Of a DNA stretch of 64,000 bases, positions 52,601 to 62,388 are shown one piece after another. The stretch is taken from assembly GCA_976226885.1 (NCBI GenBank), contig OZ320316.1, positions 76,198,001-76,262,000 on the forward strand. Reading direction: 5' to 3'. Made by a program: the position numbers and the translations under genes. Under the pieces are notes generated by a model. The model ran no database searches, was not told where the DNA came from, and saw only the letters and a list, made by a program, of their open reading frames with translations. This DNA is from Iphione sp. A-MEVVRFRX5. Its lineage: Eukaryota. Every line of letters begins with the position of its first letter. Position 1 is the stretch's first letter.

Positions 52601-55512
52601 CGTATTTGAAGTAGACCCCCAGTGTGGTCAAGTTAGCTGGGAGGACACTAGCTTATTACCCCTGTACACATTACTAGAGGCTAACCCTTGCCCAACCTTC
52701 CCCTTGTTGCAGGTGCAGGCGCCCGTGCCTGGCCTGGCGGTGGGATGTGGTAAATGCTGTGAACATACTGAAAATGAAGATTAATGGCTAGCTGGTCGGG
52801 TCCTGATTACATTCCCGGGTAATTTCTGTCAAATACAGCTTGGTGCTTGGAAACCAAACGACCGTGGTGAATAGGCCTTTAGGTCTGAATGGCCATAATG
52901 CGAGAGGTCTGCTCCAAGGTTGGGGTTACAGTCCCTATCAGCTTACGCGCAAAGCCTCATACATGTTGGTGTCTCTTGCTTTTCACTTCACTTGAATATA
53001 CATGTGCTTTTCTACTGCTTCATTCACACAAATATCTTGATAGTCTACAGTATGACCTTGCGACGTTTCATTCTATTAAACTTACATCACTGCTTAAGAC
53101 TGGTTTACACACGAATGGAGTTTGCATGGTTTCTCGTCTTATTTTGCTGTTCTTGTCATGGATGTTCTTGGAGACCACTTCACGTGCCCTCTTTCATTGC
53201 AATCAAGTAATATTATGTGAGGCTCTCCTTACAGTGCCATGTTCTAATGTTACTTTGTTTCAATACTGTTGCAGTTGGCCAGGGGCCAGTGGCTCCTCTC
53301 TGTTGTGTGAGCTGGGGTTAGAATAGCCTAGCAGCTACGTGTACCTCTCTCCCTCAGTAGCAAAATGTTTAATGCCTTAGTTTATCCTCTCTGTAGCCTT
53401 TTTTCCTCAATAAAAGTACAGATGGGTTGTTTGTCCCTACTTATTTTAGTCATGTTCTTGCATATAACAAAGTAATATTGCCTGTACTGTATATCTCGGA
53501 GCAATAACGAAAATCATCGCGATAGAAATCATCTGTATTAGACGGAGTGCTCCAGCTGTAACAATACAGCATTATATTATGTCAAGGTACTGGTCGTGTA
53601 TTCAAGTGCCACCATGATCTAGCCCCTGCATCTATTTACAACTCAACGAGAAAAAGAAATCGATTACTCATGATGTCCTAGCTAGATTTCCTCAGGTCGA
53701 AAGCAACTGTTTTCCCGTTCTTCATTAGTTTCTCATGTCGCGTGGTATTAGAATTAGAAATGCAAAGAATGCTGTACAGTACTAACTAGAGTAGAGATCT
53801 CTCTTGGTTGAACAAAGCAATATTATGGTAAATGCATTTGCACTCCATCAGCTAATGACTGGGGATAGGTCACTTACTCTGTGGTTAGTAAAAAGATAAG
53901 TATAACTATCCAGTACTGGGGAAATCGACTCATTGACTCAGAAGTAGGTGTGGCAAAGTTGTCATGGTAGCAACCAGTCAGCGCATCGTGTGCATCTGTT
54001 GGCAGGAATATTGCCTCAACAAACAATGTGCTCTGACACTTCTAGGAGACTGGATAAGATGACTGGATAATACAGCATATGCTTTATGCAGCGATTTCTC
54101 AAAAGAAGTAGAACAGCTATGGTGAAATGCTTATATAAATGCATAGATGACGTATTAACAATTCCTGTATCAAACTTGAACAGTTTCGGTGCAATACTTC
54201 TAAAAGAGTGGTTGCTGGAGGATGACAGTTTTTTAATTAGCATAGATGCCAACTTATCACCATTTCAGCACCATTGTTCCGCACTATAACCGTGCACAAT
54301 AAACATTCATTGACATACAATGTTGTGAACTTTCAGGTGTCCACTACACTCAGGTATAACACAGGAGCTAAGAGCAGCTGCCTTTTCTAGTCTCTGGTTG
54401 CTAGGTATTTGTTTATTGGGAGACAGAGCTAGGAATAATGTTAGCTAACTAAGATGCTGAGCTAACTATTTGTAACACTGGGAGTAATGAAATACATAAA
54501 AGAATTTCTACAAGAGTGTGGACCTGTGAGGTCTATTGTCCCCCGCCATCAACTGCCCATAAAGATGGGGGGGGGGGAGAAGGGGAGAAAAAGAGAGAGA
54601 AAATGAGAGAGAGAGTGTGTATGTGTGTGTGTGTAGTGTGTCTCTCTCTCCTTACAACCACCTTGATTGGCAGCTTGTTTTGGGAGTAGTTGGCTAGACT
54701 TGTTTAAGTCCTTCAGGTTTACAACTCTCGGTTCTGCCTGAGCGGGCACAGCCCCCTCGGTTCTGCCTCACTGAGCACCAGACTGCTACAAACCCTCGGT
54801 TCTGCATGACTGAGCACTGAGTGTGTATGTATGTGCATTGTCAGACCTAGGAACCCCTGAACCAGGTATATATGTTTGTAGGTGTGTTAGGAAAAGAGTA
54901 AAATTGGCATAATTTCACCTTCAAAATATTTGAATTACTACCAAAATTACCCAGTGCCATGGGGCCATATATACCAATATCATATATTAAAATCAGTTTT
55001 TTTCAGTGAAGGGTTTAAGACTTATAAGACCCACAAGAGTGTGACGGATGGTCGGGACACCAGCTGGCAGCATTCCTAATGTCCCCCCCTCTATGAGGCA
55101 GGGGACAAAAATGTCAGTCATTCTGTATAGTAAAATTACACTTAAAATGGTGAGAATTGCTAAATTAATGTTAAATATAATATCCATGTATGGAAATTAC
55201 AGTAAGAGCATCCTAAGGTAACGACTTTGGTTAGGATAAAGTTTGTCAGTGCTCATGATCGATATATATCTGAATTTAATCTGAAACGGGAGCGTCATAT
55301 CATTATAAAAACTTGATTAAATAAGCAGCAAAGGGTTATACAAATATGAAATATGTACGTGTATTTATGTGTCTCAAGAAATAAAGAACCTTAAGGTAAC
55401 CTAATTTTAATTAATACGTACATGGTAATACTTCTGGATAGGCATTCTTCTTTCTGTTTGCTGGAAGCAGGGCGGCATCACAGGAGGGGTCTGCTTGTAG
55501 CCGCGTCAAAGC
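16355..55512 (-). CDS. Ptp36E: Spliced gene model: tandem-domain (D1+D2) protein tyrosine phosphatase, Ptp36E-like, with a long C-terminal tail; N-terminus unresolved
   Basis: 15 exons (91,77,37,98,117,152,136,150,100,77,132,123,197,136,1854 nt) are phase-compatible and give 1158 aa. PTP motifs: DYINASYID, DFWRMVWQE, VHCGSGAGRTG, QYEFIY, DYINAVYVD. D2 segments (GECAGGHR, HKVPSS, RPQLVEN-x-EY-x-YCY) match my recollection of the insect Ptp36E family. The symbol is from memory and needs a BLAST or phylogeny check. Confidence 0.85.
20151..20200. promoter_or_regulatory. Promoter-like motif cluster in the last PTP intron
   Basis: ATTGG (CCAAT on -) at 20151, GGCGGG at 20161, GTCACGTGAC at 20166, and two ETS-type cores CTTCCT/CTTCCG at 20188 and 20195. 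Confidence 0.45.
21243..21378 (-). CDS. PTP exon, D2 signature region (NGVSRCGCYAA...RPQLVENI)
   Basis: Acceptor ctgctttcag|G, donor ATT|gtgagt; 136 nt, phase 2-0. Confidence 0.92.
21621..21817 (-). CDS. PTP exon, D2 (TLVSLQAM...FQLRNWPNNHKVP...IPTCVIS)
   Basis: Acceptor ggcttacag|ACC, donor AA|gtacgt; 197 nt, phase 0-2. Confidence 0.88.
24251..24304 (-). CDS. Candidate cassette exon inside D2 (HLKYKDIPTHLLEAGEVT)
   Basis: Strong acceptor ttttttcaccttacttgcag, weaker donor ACG|gtatat; 54 nt, open, phase 0-0. Confidence 0.45.
27226..27297 (-). CDS. Candidate cassette exon inside D2 (PRKFDDLMDDFLLYLARKYAPRAE)
   Basis: Acceptor ctttccctttcag, donor GAA|gtaact; 72 nt, open, phase 0-0; GC-rich relative to the flanks. 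Confidence 0.45.
30501..30623 (-). CDS. PTP exon, D2 (SYPRFWPSTPGKEIPYGPLTIEL...RVFRIRK)
   Basis: Acceptor tttcattcatgtcag, donor AAG|gtgagc; 123 nt, phase 0-0. Confidence 0.92.
31174..31305 (-). CDS. PTP exon, D2 (GYRHTNAYIVTQWPLKGTINDIWRLVYDYNIPTMVLLNDMPHSR)
   Basis: Acceptor ctccatatag, donor AGG|gtaagt; 132 nt, phase 0-0. Confidence 0.93.
32151..32480. mobile_element. PIF/Harbinger-type MITE, related subfamily, copy 3
   Basis: Ends GGCTGAAACAAAAAATACCTGTGTTTCCGGTAAC / GTTACCGGAAACATAGAACTTTTTTAGGCC; 3-bp TSD TAA on both sides; 330 bp. Confidence 0.75.
33135..33211 (-). CDS. PTP exon, D2 (ERARPYLITHDSNDSTDYINAVYVD)
   Basis: Acceptor gatgtttcag, donor GAT|gtaagt; 77 nt, phase 1-0. Confidence 0.93.
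33911..34010 (-). CDS. PTP exon, D2 start (TLQCVVPKLTVGECAGGHRAENRRKSRDIMLQP)
   Basis: Acceptor caaccgtcaccag, donor C|gtgcgt; 100 nt, phase 0-1. Confidence 0.88.
34348..34497 (-). CDS. PTP exon, D1 end and linker (AQYEFIYDVVAMYLKCG...NGFEREYK)
   Basis: Acceptor ctcttcacag, donor AAG|gtgggt; 150 nt, phase 0-0. Confidence 0.93.
34774..34909 (-). CDS. PTP exon, D1 (SGAGRTGTFIGLDAML...RMNMIRNL)
   Basis: Acceptor ttcatgaacag|G, donor TTG|gtaaga; 136 nt, phase 2-0. Confidence 0.93.
35444..35595 (-). CDS. PTP exon, D1 (DGNTEERLIKQFQFANWSDHDCP...GPLLVHC)
   Basis: Acceptor ttttgatcctgatag, donor GG|gtctgt; 152 nt, phase 0-2. Confidence 0.9.
36286..36402 (-). CDS. PTP exon, D1 (QQCEKYWHNQHGRYGNIEV...IRTFRAKR)
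   Basis: Acceptor cttttattcttaaag, donor CGG|gtaaga; 117 nt, phase 0-0. Confidence 0.92.
37500..37597 (-). CDS. PTP exon, D1 (PSRHTINDFWRMVWQENVRCIVMATNVFEHAR)
   Basis: Acceptor ctattttcag, donor AGG|gtatgt; 98 nt, phase 1-0. Confidence 0.94.
39801..39977. mobile_element. Tc1/mariner (pogo-like) MITE, 177 bp
   Basis: 25-bp TIRs CAGTAGAGTATCTATTTACGACCAC / GTGGTCATAAATAGAGACTCTACTG (2 mismatches), with TA on both sides. Confidence 0.85.
39991..41700 (-). mobile_element. Heavily decayed LINE (CR1/L2-like) reverse-transcriptase 3' remnant
   Basis: Minus-strand fragments in the expected order: LFGAQHG (~41620), KDVVSWCDSNGLVLNPQKT (40802-40858), LLGYVLDQHLNW (~40700), MFKAFVCP and YANSFLYKGCTRWNHL. 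They are followed by AATAAA and a short (TATTC)-type tail at ~39991-40016. Many stops and frameshifts. Confidence 0.7.
42859..43506. mobile_element. Helentron-like non-autonomous element (DINE-1/HINE architecture), copy 1
   Basis: AACAAGAG end, hairpin GACCT-gtg-AGGTC (42871-42883), sub-terminal inverted repeats TTGTCCCCTG (42886) / CAGGGGACAA (43496), internal AG/TG microsatellites and a ~67-bp tandem dimer. A second copy is at 54510. Confidence 0.7.
46124..46234. repeat. 30-bp minisatellite, about 3.7 degenerate copies
   Basis: Units start at 46124, 46154, 46184 and 46214 (gttttcatgagtaattcag...gtgca). Confidence 0.8.
46635..46670. repeat. (AG)n microsatellite
   Basis: About 18 uninterrupted AG units. 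Confidence 0.95.
47414..47450 (-). CDS. PTP exon, D1 (AYNKPKAYIAAQ)
   Basis: Acceptor atttttccag, donor G|gtgagt; 37 nt, phase 0-1. Confidence 0.9.
47521..47843. mobile_element. PIF/Harbinger-type MITE, copy 2 (inverted relative to copy 1)
   Basis: Same TIR (GGTCAAAAAAATAGGTGTGTTTCTGGTAAC); internal sequence is the reverse complement of 13851-14193; TSD TTA on both sides. Confidence 0.85.
48718..48794 (-). CDS. PTP exon, D1 (DHCRVILDSLPDVPNSDYINASYID)
   Basis: Acceptor tttatcattacag, donor GAT|gtaagt; 77 nt, phase 1-0. Confidence 0.94.
50214..50256. promoter_or_regulatory. Pair of full palindromic CRE sites in a PTP intron
   Basis: TGACGTCA at 50214-50221 and TTGACGTCAA at 50247-50256. Confidence 0.4.
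54510..55111. mobile_element. Helentron-like non-autonomous element, copy 2
   Basis: Colinear with 42859-43506 in the same orientation: same hairpin, TTGTCCCC / GGGGACAAAAA ends and a shorter internal repeat. Confidence 0.7.
55422..55512 (-). CDS. PTP exon, D1 start (ALTRLQADPSCDAALLPANRKKNAYPEVLP)
   Basis: Acceptor ctttgttttacag, donor T|gtacgt; 91 nt, phase 0-1; KNAY sits at the KNRY position. Confidence 0.88.
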
Positions 55513-58367
55513 CTGTAAAACAAAGGTCTTATCAATAACGGTATCTAAAGCCATATAAATTCTCATTCTAATTCACTAACACAGCACAATTTTCTGGCAA
55601 ACCTCTGTGCCTTACTTTTCTTAACTGTGTTTTCAGATGGAAACAAGCAATATAACAACGATATTCAGCGGTGCGGGACAGAGGTAGTTCTGCCCTAAGT
55701 CCACTAAGTTCGATATATGACATTCAGCTACAATTGTGCCTTTAGTACAATTCTCAATACGATTATTAGAGATACAATCTGAAACACATATTTCACTAAC
55801 ATCCTCTGTTACATTTTAACTTACAATGTCTCATGTGCCTCTTAGATATCGCCGTGCAGGAAGAACCAAATCCAAATTTATCTGTATTTGTAGGCACGAA
55901 TTCCCTCCTTTCGAAATTTCCTTTCAATTTCGGATATATATCTAATGTATTATGTACTGAAGTGAGGGGTTTGTAGTTTTATAATAAAGTACTCTGCACT
56001 CTGACTTGTCCAAATTCTTTTCTTTTTTATTAAATATGAAGACCTCAAGCACTGCAAGATGCAATTTTGAGAGAAAGGATGTCTTATGCTGCAAGTACCA
56101 AGTCTCTTTCAAGTCATAAAAGCCAGTGTGTATGTCTCCTGCTTACTGGTAAGCCGTACTTCTACGTTTGGTCCATAGACTCTCAATATCGAATTCTGAG
56201 CATACTTTCCCTATTTATGTCAGTCTATGGGTGATACGAGACACGTTTCCTATGAGACTTAGTAAGGCCTTAATTCTCCAGTGTCACGATATTCAAATAC
56301 ATGCATGGCCAAGGGCGAGTTGTATATTTCAAAAGGAATAACTAAATTCCGTTGGAATACTGTCTATAGTCTGTTGACATTGGTTACAAATGATTAGATG
56401 TATAGAAGGTGTGATAGCGGAGGAAAATAAGTAAGCCCACTCATGTCTACCCCTGTGAATAAGGCATTACAACTATGGGTATCCGACCGCAAATTATCAT
56501 TCGGTCTAGCTATATGGTGCGTTATAGATGCATTTATGTGTATATTGTTGTCGAGCAGTCCAAAATGAGTCCATCTAAGTACACGGTTATCTTTTTACGT
56601 GATTGATGCCCAACACTTGCGGTTTATCCCCATTCCTTCTCGATCAAAACGTCAGGCAGCAGAGTTCCTCTTGGCAACATTTTACCCTCGCCGCGATAAG
56701 ATATTGATATTCTGGAATGGTTCTTTGGCATCCCATGGAACAGCCATAGGCCTTAGTATTCGACCGGTTGAGTTAGCGACATGACAGCAAAAAGGCGCTG
56801 TCGTCGTCAAAGCTTGTCATGGTGTCCCGGCTTCTTGAAGCTGCAATATTTTCCGATGAACCTTCCCTTAAAACACCCACCTACTGCCGGGCACTTGGCA
56901 AGGAGCTATCAGTCAAAGGATCAGTGCTTTGTCTTCGTTATGACGCCATGCATCAGACTCGGCCCGGTGACGGAATCAAGACAACGTGTAAACCTGCTTT
57001 AAACAGTGCTCATGTATGCACTATCCTTAATCGGGAAAGACATCACTTCTCATCTCACCGTACGTCTAGGTAGTAATCGATTTGTAGTTTATGACGCTTC
57101 GTAGCAGATCATTTGCTATACAAGAAGACGCCGAGACATTATCGACGCCACCCAATGTCGTCCTCATAGAGTGCTCAATGGAAATGAAAACTGTATGAGA
57201 CTATTCGTGAATACATAGCATCTTGTATGCATAGGGCAAGACGTGGCTAATTCTACAGCCACTGAATCCAGAAAAATATAAATAAAAATAAAACATTTTT
57301 TTTTATATTTGAACAAGCTTCACGTAATACATAATAAATTCTACCCACATACTACTGAAATAGTTTTCTCAACCAGTCGCTGCGTTGCTAATTGTGTTGC
57401 TGTGGCAGTGCCCTAATACTACCTTAGTGACAAATCCATGAAATATCCTGCAAATATTATAATATTTTATTGGCCGCAAAATAATCAATTCCCATATATG
57501 GAGAGGCCGACGGATGACTAGTCCACTTTTAGAGACGATGTAGGGGAAGCTTGACCGCTCACTAAGATGTATGGGCGAATATTCACGTACAGATACTGTT
57601 TGGACACCTAGAGCTTCTTCAGCCCACCTTGCCAGTCTGAAGGACAGGTAGCGTTTTTGCAAAGTGACAAAGAAAACTACCCCTATAATTAATCTTTATG
57701 ATTTTATCAGAAAGTATGTTGTAGAATTGTGTTGATATGTCATCTTCTAAGAATAAAAGGCCTTTGTATATTAAAACCATCTCACATTCACAACATGATT
57801 TTATCACAGTGGAAACTCAAGGAGACCTAATAAAACAAAAACCACTACTGTCCATCTGAACCAGTTATTTACCTCGGTCAGGGCACATACTCGTAGTTGT
57901 GACTTGTGTCCTGTCTTTCAAGCCGTATATGGAACCTCTGTTGCAAAACTCTTTTTGCGTTCTTTGATTGTCATTTCCTGCAGAATTGCATTTTACCGAG
58001 CCATGTTTTATTTCGAAAGATCACTTGGGTGCCTTTTTCACAAAATGCTATTTTAAATGCGCTCTCGACCATTGCCTTAAAATATTTCCCACAGAATTTC
58101 ATTTGAAAAATGTGGCTTTTCCCTCTTTCTTGCCCTGCGCGAAACATCTCGGATGGGGAGGACGTGCTGCAGTACTATTTTAAATTTATATGTCCATAAC
58201 ATTTTTGTATCACGTTTTACGAACTGTTCAGTTAGCGATTAACTTTTTATTTCTTCAAAATTAATTCTTATCATACGGGTTCTTTGCGCCTACATGAGGC
58301 TCTTTGAATGTATGGTTGCGTGGATTTTAATACACACGTTCATGTACCTGTAGAGAGTGTGCGTGTG

Positions 58368-58370
<3 letters not shown>

Positions 58371-58416
<46 letters not shown>

Positions 58417-58445
58417 GAGACAGAGAGAGAGAGACAGAGAGAGAG
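58371..58445. repeat. (GA)n / (GACA) compound microsatellite
   Basis: About 75 bp of GA repeats with three CA interruptions. Confidence 0.95.
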
Positions 58446-58817
58446 TATGAGTAACACAAAGAGTCACGAATTAATTAGGTAATAACTCATGAGTAAAATT
58501 ACAAACTAAATATCGCTCAATAAATATCGCTCGTTTGCTCAATATATTCATATTCAGACATTTCCCTTATTAATACGGTCAAGAGGCGACGATGAATGGG
58601 AAATTCCAATCGTCTCTAATAACAAGGCTCTGTGTCGACACTGTGCGGGAGTATTTACTGACTAGCCTACGCCGATTCAATCTAGGTGCAAATGCAATTA
58701 TCTGTTCAATAGATGGATTTTTTTATGGCAGCCGAGCCGTCTGAAGTAAACGGAGGGGTTGTGCATCTTACTATAGAGACAATAAATAGGTGGTTCCTGT
58801 AGGCTTTTGTACCTTAC

Positions 58818-58859
58818 CGAAGGTTCGATCAGTTCATTTTGCAATTCGTTTTCGTAAAG
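58818..58859 (-). CDS. Candidate upstream PTP exon (LYENELQNELIEPS)
   Basis: Acceptor ttgcattttgtcgtccag, donor TCG|gtaagg; 42 nt, phase 0-0, compatible with the exon at 55512. No recognisable motif beyond a possible LY-x-x-E-[FL]-Q. Confidence 0.35.
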
Positions 58860-59521
58860 CTGGACGACAAAATGCAAGCAATACAGACATTTACTGAAAT
58901 AGGTAAAGAAATTAGCCTACGAAAAATCACTACCAGATTAACTGATGCAATTGCTTTGATAGAGTTCTCAATGATTTCTTAAAAATCAATTTGTAGTTTC
59001 GTTTTGATGAGAAACAATTCTATCAAGTCTATCATTTCATGTCCTGCAGAACGATTGCCGTTTCGTTATGCTGTTGTTAACTATATTTAGCACCATGACA
59101 TGTCTGTCACTGACATGCCACGATGAATGATCGAGAACAAGAAGGGGCACTAGACAAGTAAAATGGTATGGGAAAACTCTTAGCTTTTCTGCAACCACCC
59201 TTCAACATTTGAATCTACTGTAAATCCAGTGGTGTTTAATTTCTAAAATTTATTATCATAAGAAAGTGTTTCTCTTATGACTCCGCAGAAAACGAAGACT
59301 ATAACTCTTCTTGTCAGTATCGAGGATATTGCGGGATAGTGATACTAGCACTCACAATATTTTCTGACTTGCAGAAGTCACGTACGTCTATGCAAATATT
59401 GCATGGATCTTTCTACCCAAAAATGCCCTTAGTTCAAGGTGTGAAGGTCAGTGCAGCTGGCTGGGGGATTAGAGCCCAAGTCCGCCGCATGACATGTCCT
59501 CCCTGACATAGCCTACATGGC

Positions 59522-59725
59522 TGTCTGTTACTTGTTGTGAGCCATCTGTAACCCTCTGTAAGAGTGTGTTACTTGTTGTGTGCCCCCTGAGACACTCTGT
59601 AGAGGTATCTGTTACCTGTTGTGTGTCAGCCGCATTCTGTAGGAGCATCTGTTACTTGCTTTGCACCTCCTGTAGTCTTCTGTAGAGGTGTCTGTTATTT
59701 GTTGTGTGCTTCCTGTAACCCTCTG
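59522..59725. repeat. ~40-43-bp degenerate minisatellite, 5 copies
   Basis: Recurrent core tctgttacttgttgtgtg...ctctgtagagg. Confidence 0.8.
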
Positions 59726-62331
59726 AATTAGGGTCTGTCCCATGTCCCCGTGAGAAACACACATTGCAAAGCGTGTACTTGATATGTGCGAATATATCGG
59801 ATACATCGCCTTGCTCGGTACGTATCCTACAGAAACACGTGCTCATATATCTACATGTACATGTATATGCTAAGCTGTTGTCTCGCTAAATGCATCATTT
59901 CCATACCTTCTGTAGTGTCTATATACAGTCAAATCTCACTGTATGATATTGTTGCAGCCAGTCGAAGAAGTGGACCGTGGTGATCTTGTCCACTACATTG
60001 ATTAATCATTGTTATATGTCTAGGACATAGTGATAAGGCAGTCCGGCCAATTTGCGGCCATTTACACCACGCGACCTACAAACAATTCGATGTCAGCGCC
60101 ATTTACACAACTGTTGAATGATCTTGTCAACATCGTAACAGTATTCTGACATTGTGAAACCACTAACCAGTTGGTATTGGCCATATTTGCTGTCCCTCTC
60201 AGGTCGCAAATGCGACTGCAGTAACTAATTTACAAAGGTGAAATAACCGCAAGTTTGGACCGCCTCTTCGGCATAAAAGCCGAAGCGTATATCAGAAATG
60301 GGAACATCATGTCCCGCAGTCGTTTCCGCTTGGTGGTTTGGGCTGAATCAGCTAGAATGATAAAGTCTAAGTTGAACAGGCTCGTGCAGGATATTTGCGA
60401 CGTTTAAACACTAGATTTCCGCCTTAAAAGGTTATTTCTTCATGTGTTTTTTTTCGAGCGTTGCAAAACGATTGGCCAATATGTGAAAAAAGCTCGAAAA
60501 GTACCTGCTGGTAAACGTAGTGGACCCTGGATAAGTATAGACACTAGGAGGTGGCGTGAAGAATCGTTTGGAGAGAAAAGAAGAGACGAAAAATAGTACC
60601 AGATTGTCAGTCCTCGGGAGGCTCATATAAGGAGGTAAAGTGGCCTGAACTGGTTCGAGATCAACCAGTTTGTCTGGGCCTTGGCAGGTGCACCAAGCTA
60701 TGGAGGGACAACAAATCTGGTCGTTAGTCTATCAATAATTCACTACTGCGCCTACAAGGTTTGGAGAGGGAAGGGTTGACCAGCACCAGACAAAGCAATT
60801 TCCTATCATTAATCCCTCTAAAATATCGCTTTCTCCGTCTGGCAACAAAGTGCAGCAATGTACTACAAATAAAAAGGACTTAATGTGACATTTGAATCCC
60901 GTTGCCTGTCGATATCACTTTTTGTTTCTTACTTTCCACATCCCACCTTCAACATGCAAACGTACTTTTTACGGACATCATTAATGATTACAAACCCTAT
61001 TACATCATTTTTTCCGTTTAAACCTGATTACATATGTAAGTAAAACTTCTATAGCTGCTGAACAGTTGCTCGTCTCCCAACACATTGTTCATTATCCTTG
61101 CCTGCAAATACAAAACTACGATATTTGAACTGTATAATATCGATGGACTGACATGATATTCTCGGATATGATATATCCCGACATCACGATCTGATAGGTC
61201 TTGAACTGATTATCCACTGGGATCTTCAATCTCCATTTGTGCACAGCCAATATGTCAGTTTTTTTCGTGTATATCTATGGTGAGCTGAATCCACGTACCT
61301 TGACTATCAGGGCTAACGAAGGACGATGTACATGGCTATTGTCCTGTTCGTTAGACGGCGGTATTGTTGATCCTCTTGCTGGACTTTTAAGTCTGTTGGC
61401 GTATACACTGATACATGACCAGTATAGCGAAGGACAAAGGCCAACACTATTAATGCACAAGATCAGTGTTTTAGGATTCTTTAAGAGTGTGGAACAGATT
61501 TCAGCCAAATATCTCTGGGCAGCTTCCAATCCAGACGCGCAGCCACATCACAGCCTTTAGCACACAGTCTAAGCTGTCAAGGGGGTTTCCGCCTTTGAAA
61601 GGTAGCCGACGGGTTTATCCTAATAGGGTTTAACTGCGAGCTCCTGTGGTCTCTCCTTTTCCACTTGAAAACCTGATCCTGGTGTCAATACTTGGAACCT
61701 CCTACGGATTTTTCCTGGCGGCGTCCGTCAGACTGGGATACGTGCGTATTAAATGCCAGGTCTGTCATTTCATCTTCATTGTTATTCTCCAACGTACATT
61801 GAAATTAAACTGCTTTGGTTTACTTTGTACTGCAGTGGTCGAAAAATGTTGTAACCCAGGTCCAAATGTTTTTCAAGCATTGTCATTGCTAAATAGTAAC
61901 AATCCCTAACAAAATTGTTAAGCCTGTGCACTGTACAAACACTATTCGTTTTGTTAGCGTGTTAGGCATCGCGTTTATCATTCTCTTTTGCCCCATTTGT
62001 GACTTGTTAGGTATATAGCGCAGTCGCCGAGCCGAGGGTGCGTGTGTTCGCTTTTGCCAAGGTATAACCCATGGAGTCAAGAAAGGAGACAATAAGGCAT
62101 CTTTCCATATCAGTGATAATCAAATGAATATGTGGGGATATATAGACATTGACATGAAGTTGTTAGTCTTGATTAGCTCGGATAAAGAAACTAAATTTCA
62201 TATGTAAACAAGGATAATATCTATTAAAGTGGTGTATGAACCTTTTGTGTTATCGAACGAATCGTGAACAATCCTAGGTAAAGAACCCCTCGTTGAAAAG
62301 AACCGGTGATAGAAACTTTACTTCTCCTTAC

Positions 62332-62388
62332 GGGACCGCAATCTTTCCATTTAATTGCTCGTTAGAAACATAATTATTTTCATTAATG
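62332..62388 (-). CDS. Candidate upstream PTP exon (INENNYVSNEQLNGKIAV)
   Basis: Acceptor tttattgttcag, donor CC|gtaagg; 57 nt, open in phase 2-2; no linking exon could be confirmed. Confidence 0.3.

Noticed and set aside
52889-53326. 145-aa plus-strand ORF
   Set aside because: Rich in Leu/Cys/Phe like random AT-rich sequence; no motif or splice context.
54086-54289. YKCIDDVLTI resembling a reverse-transcriptase YxDD motif (Penelope-like)
   Set aside because: Isolated 4-5 residue resemblance with no flanking RT motifs.
57369-57662. 97-aa minus-strand ORF as a candidate juxtamembrane PTP exon
   Set aside because: It has a plausible acceptor but ambiguous donors and no similarity to PTP juxtamembrane sequence I know.
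60640-60670. tRNA-like A/B-box fragments (TGGC…GGTTCGAG)
   Set aside because: The boxes are adjacent with no spacing for a cloverleaf; not a tRNA.
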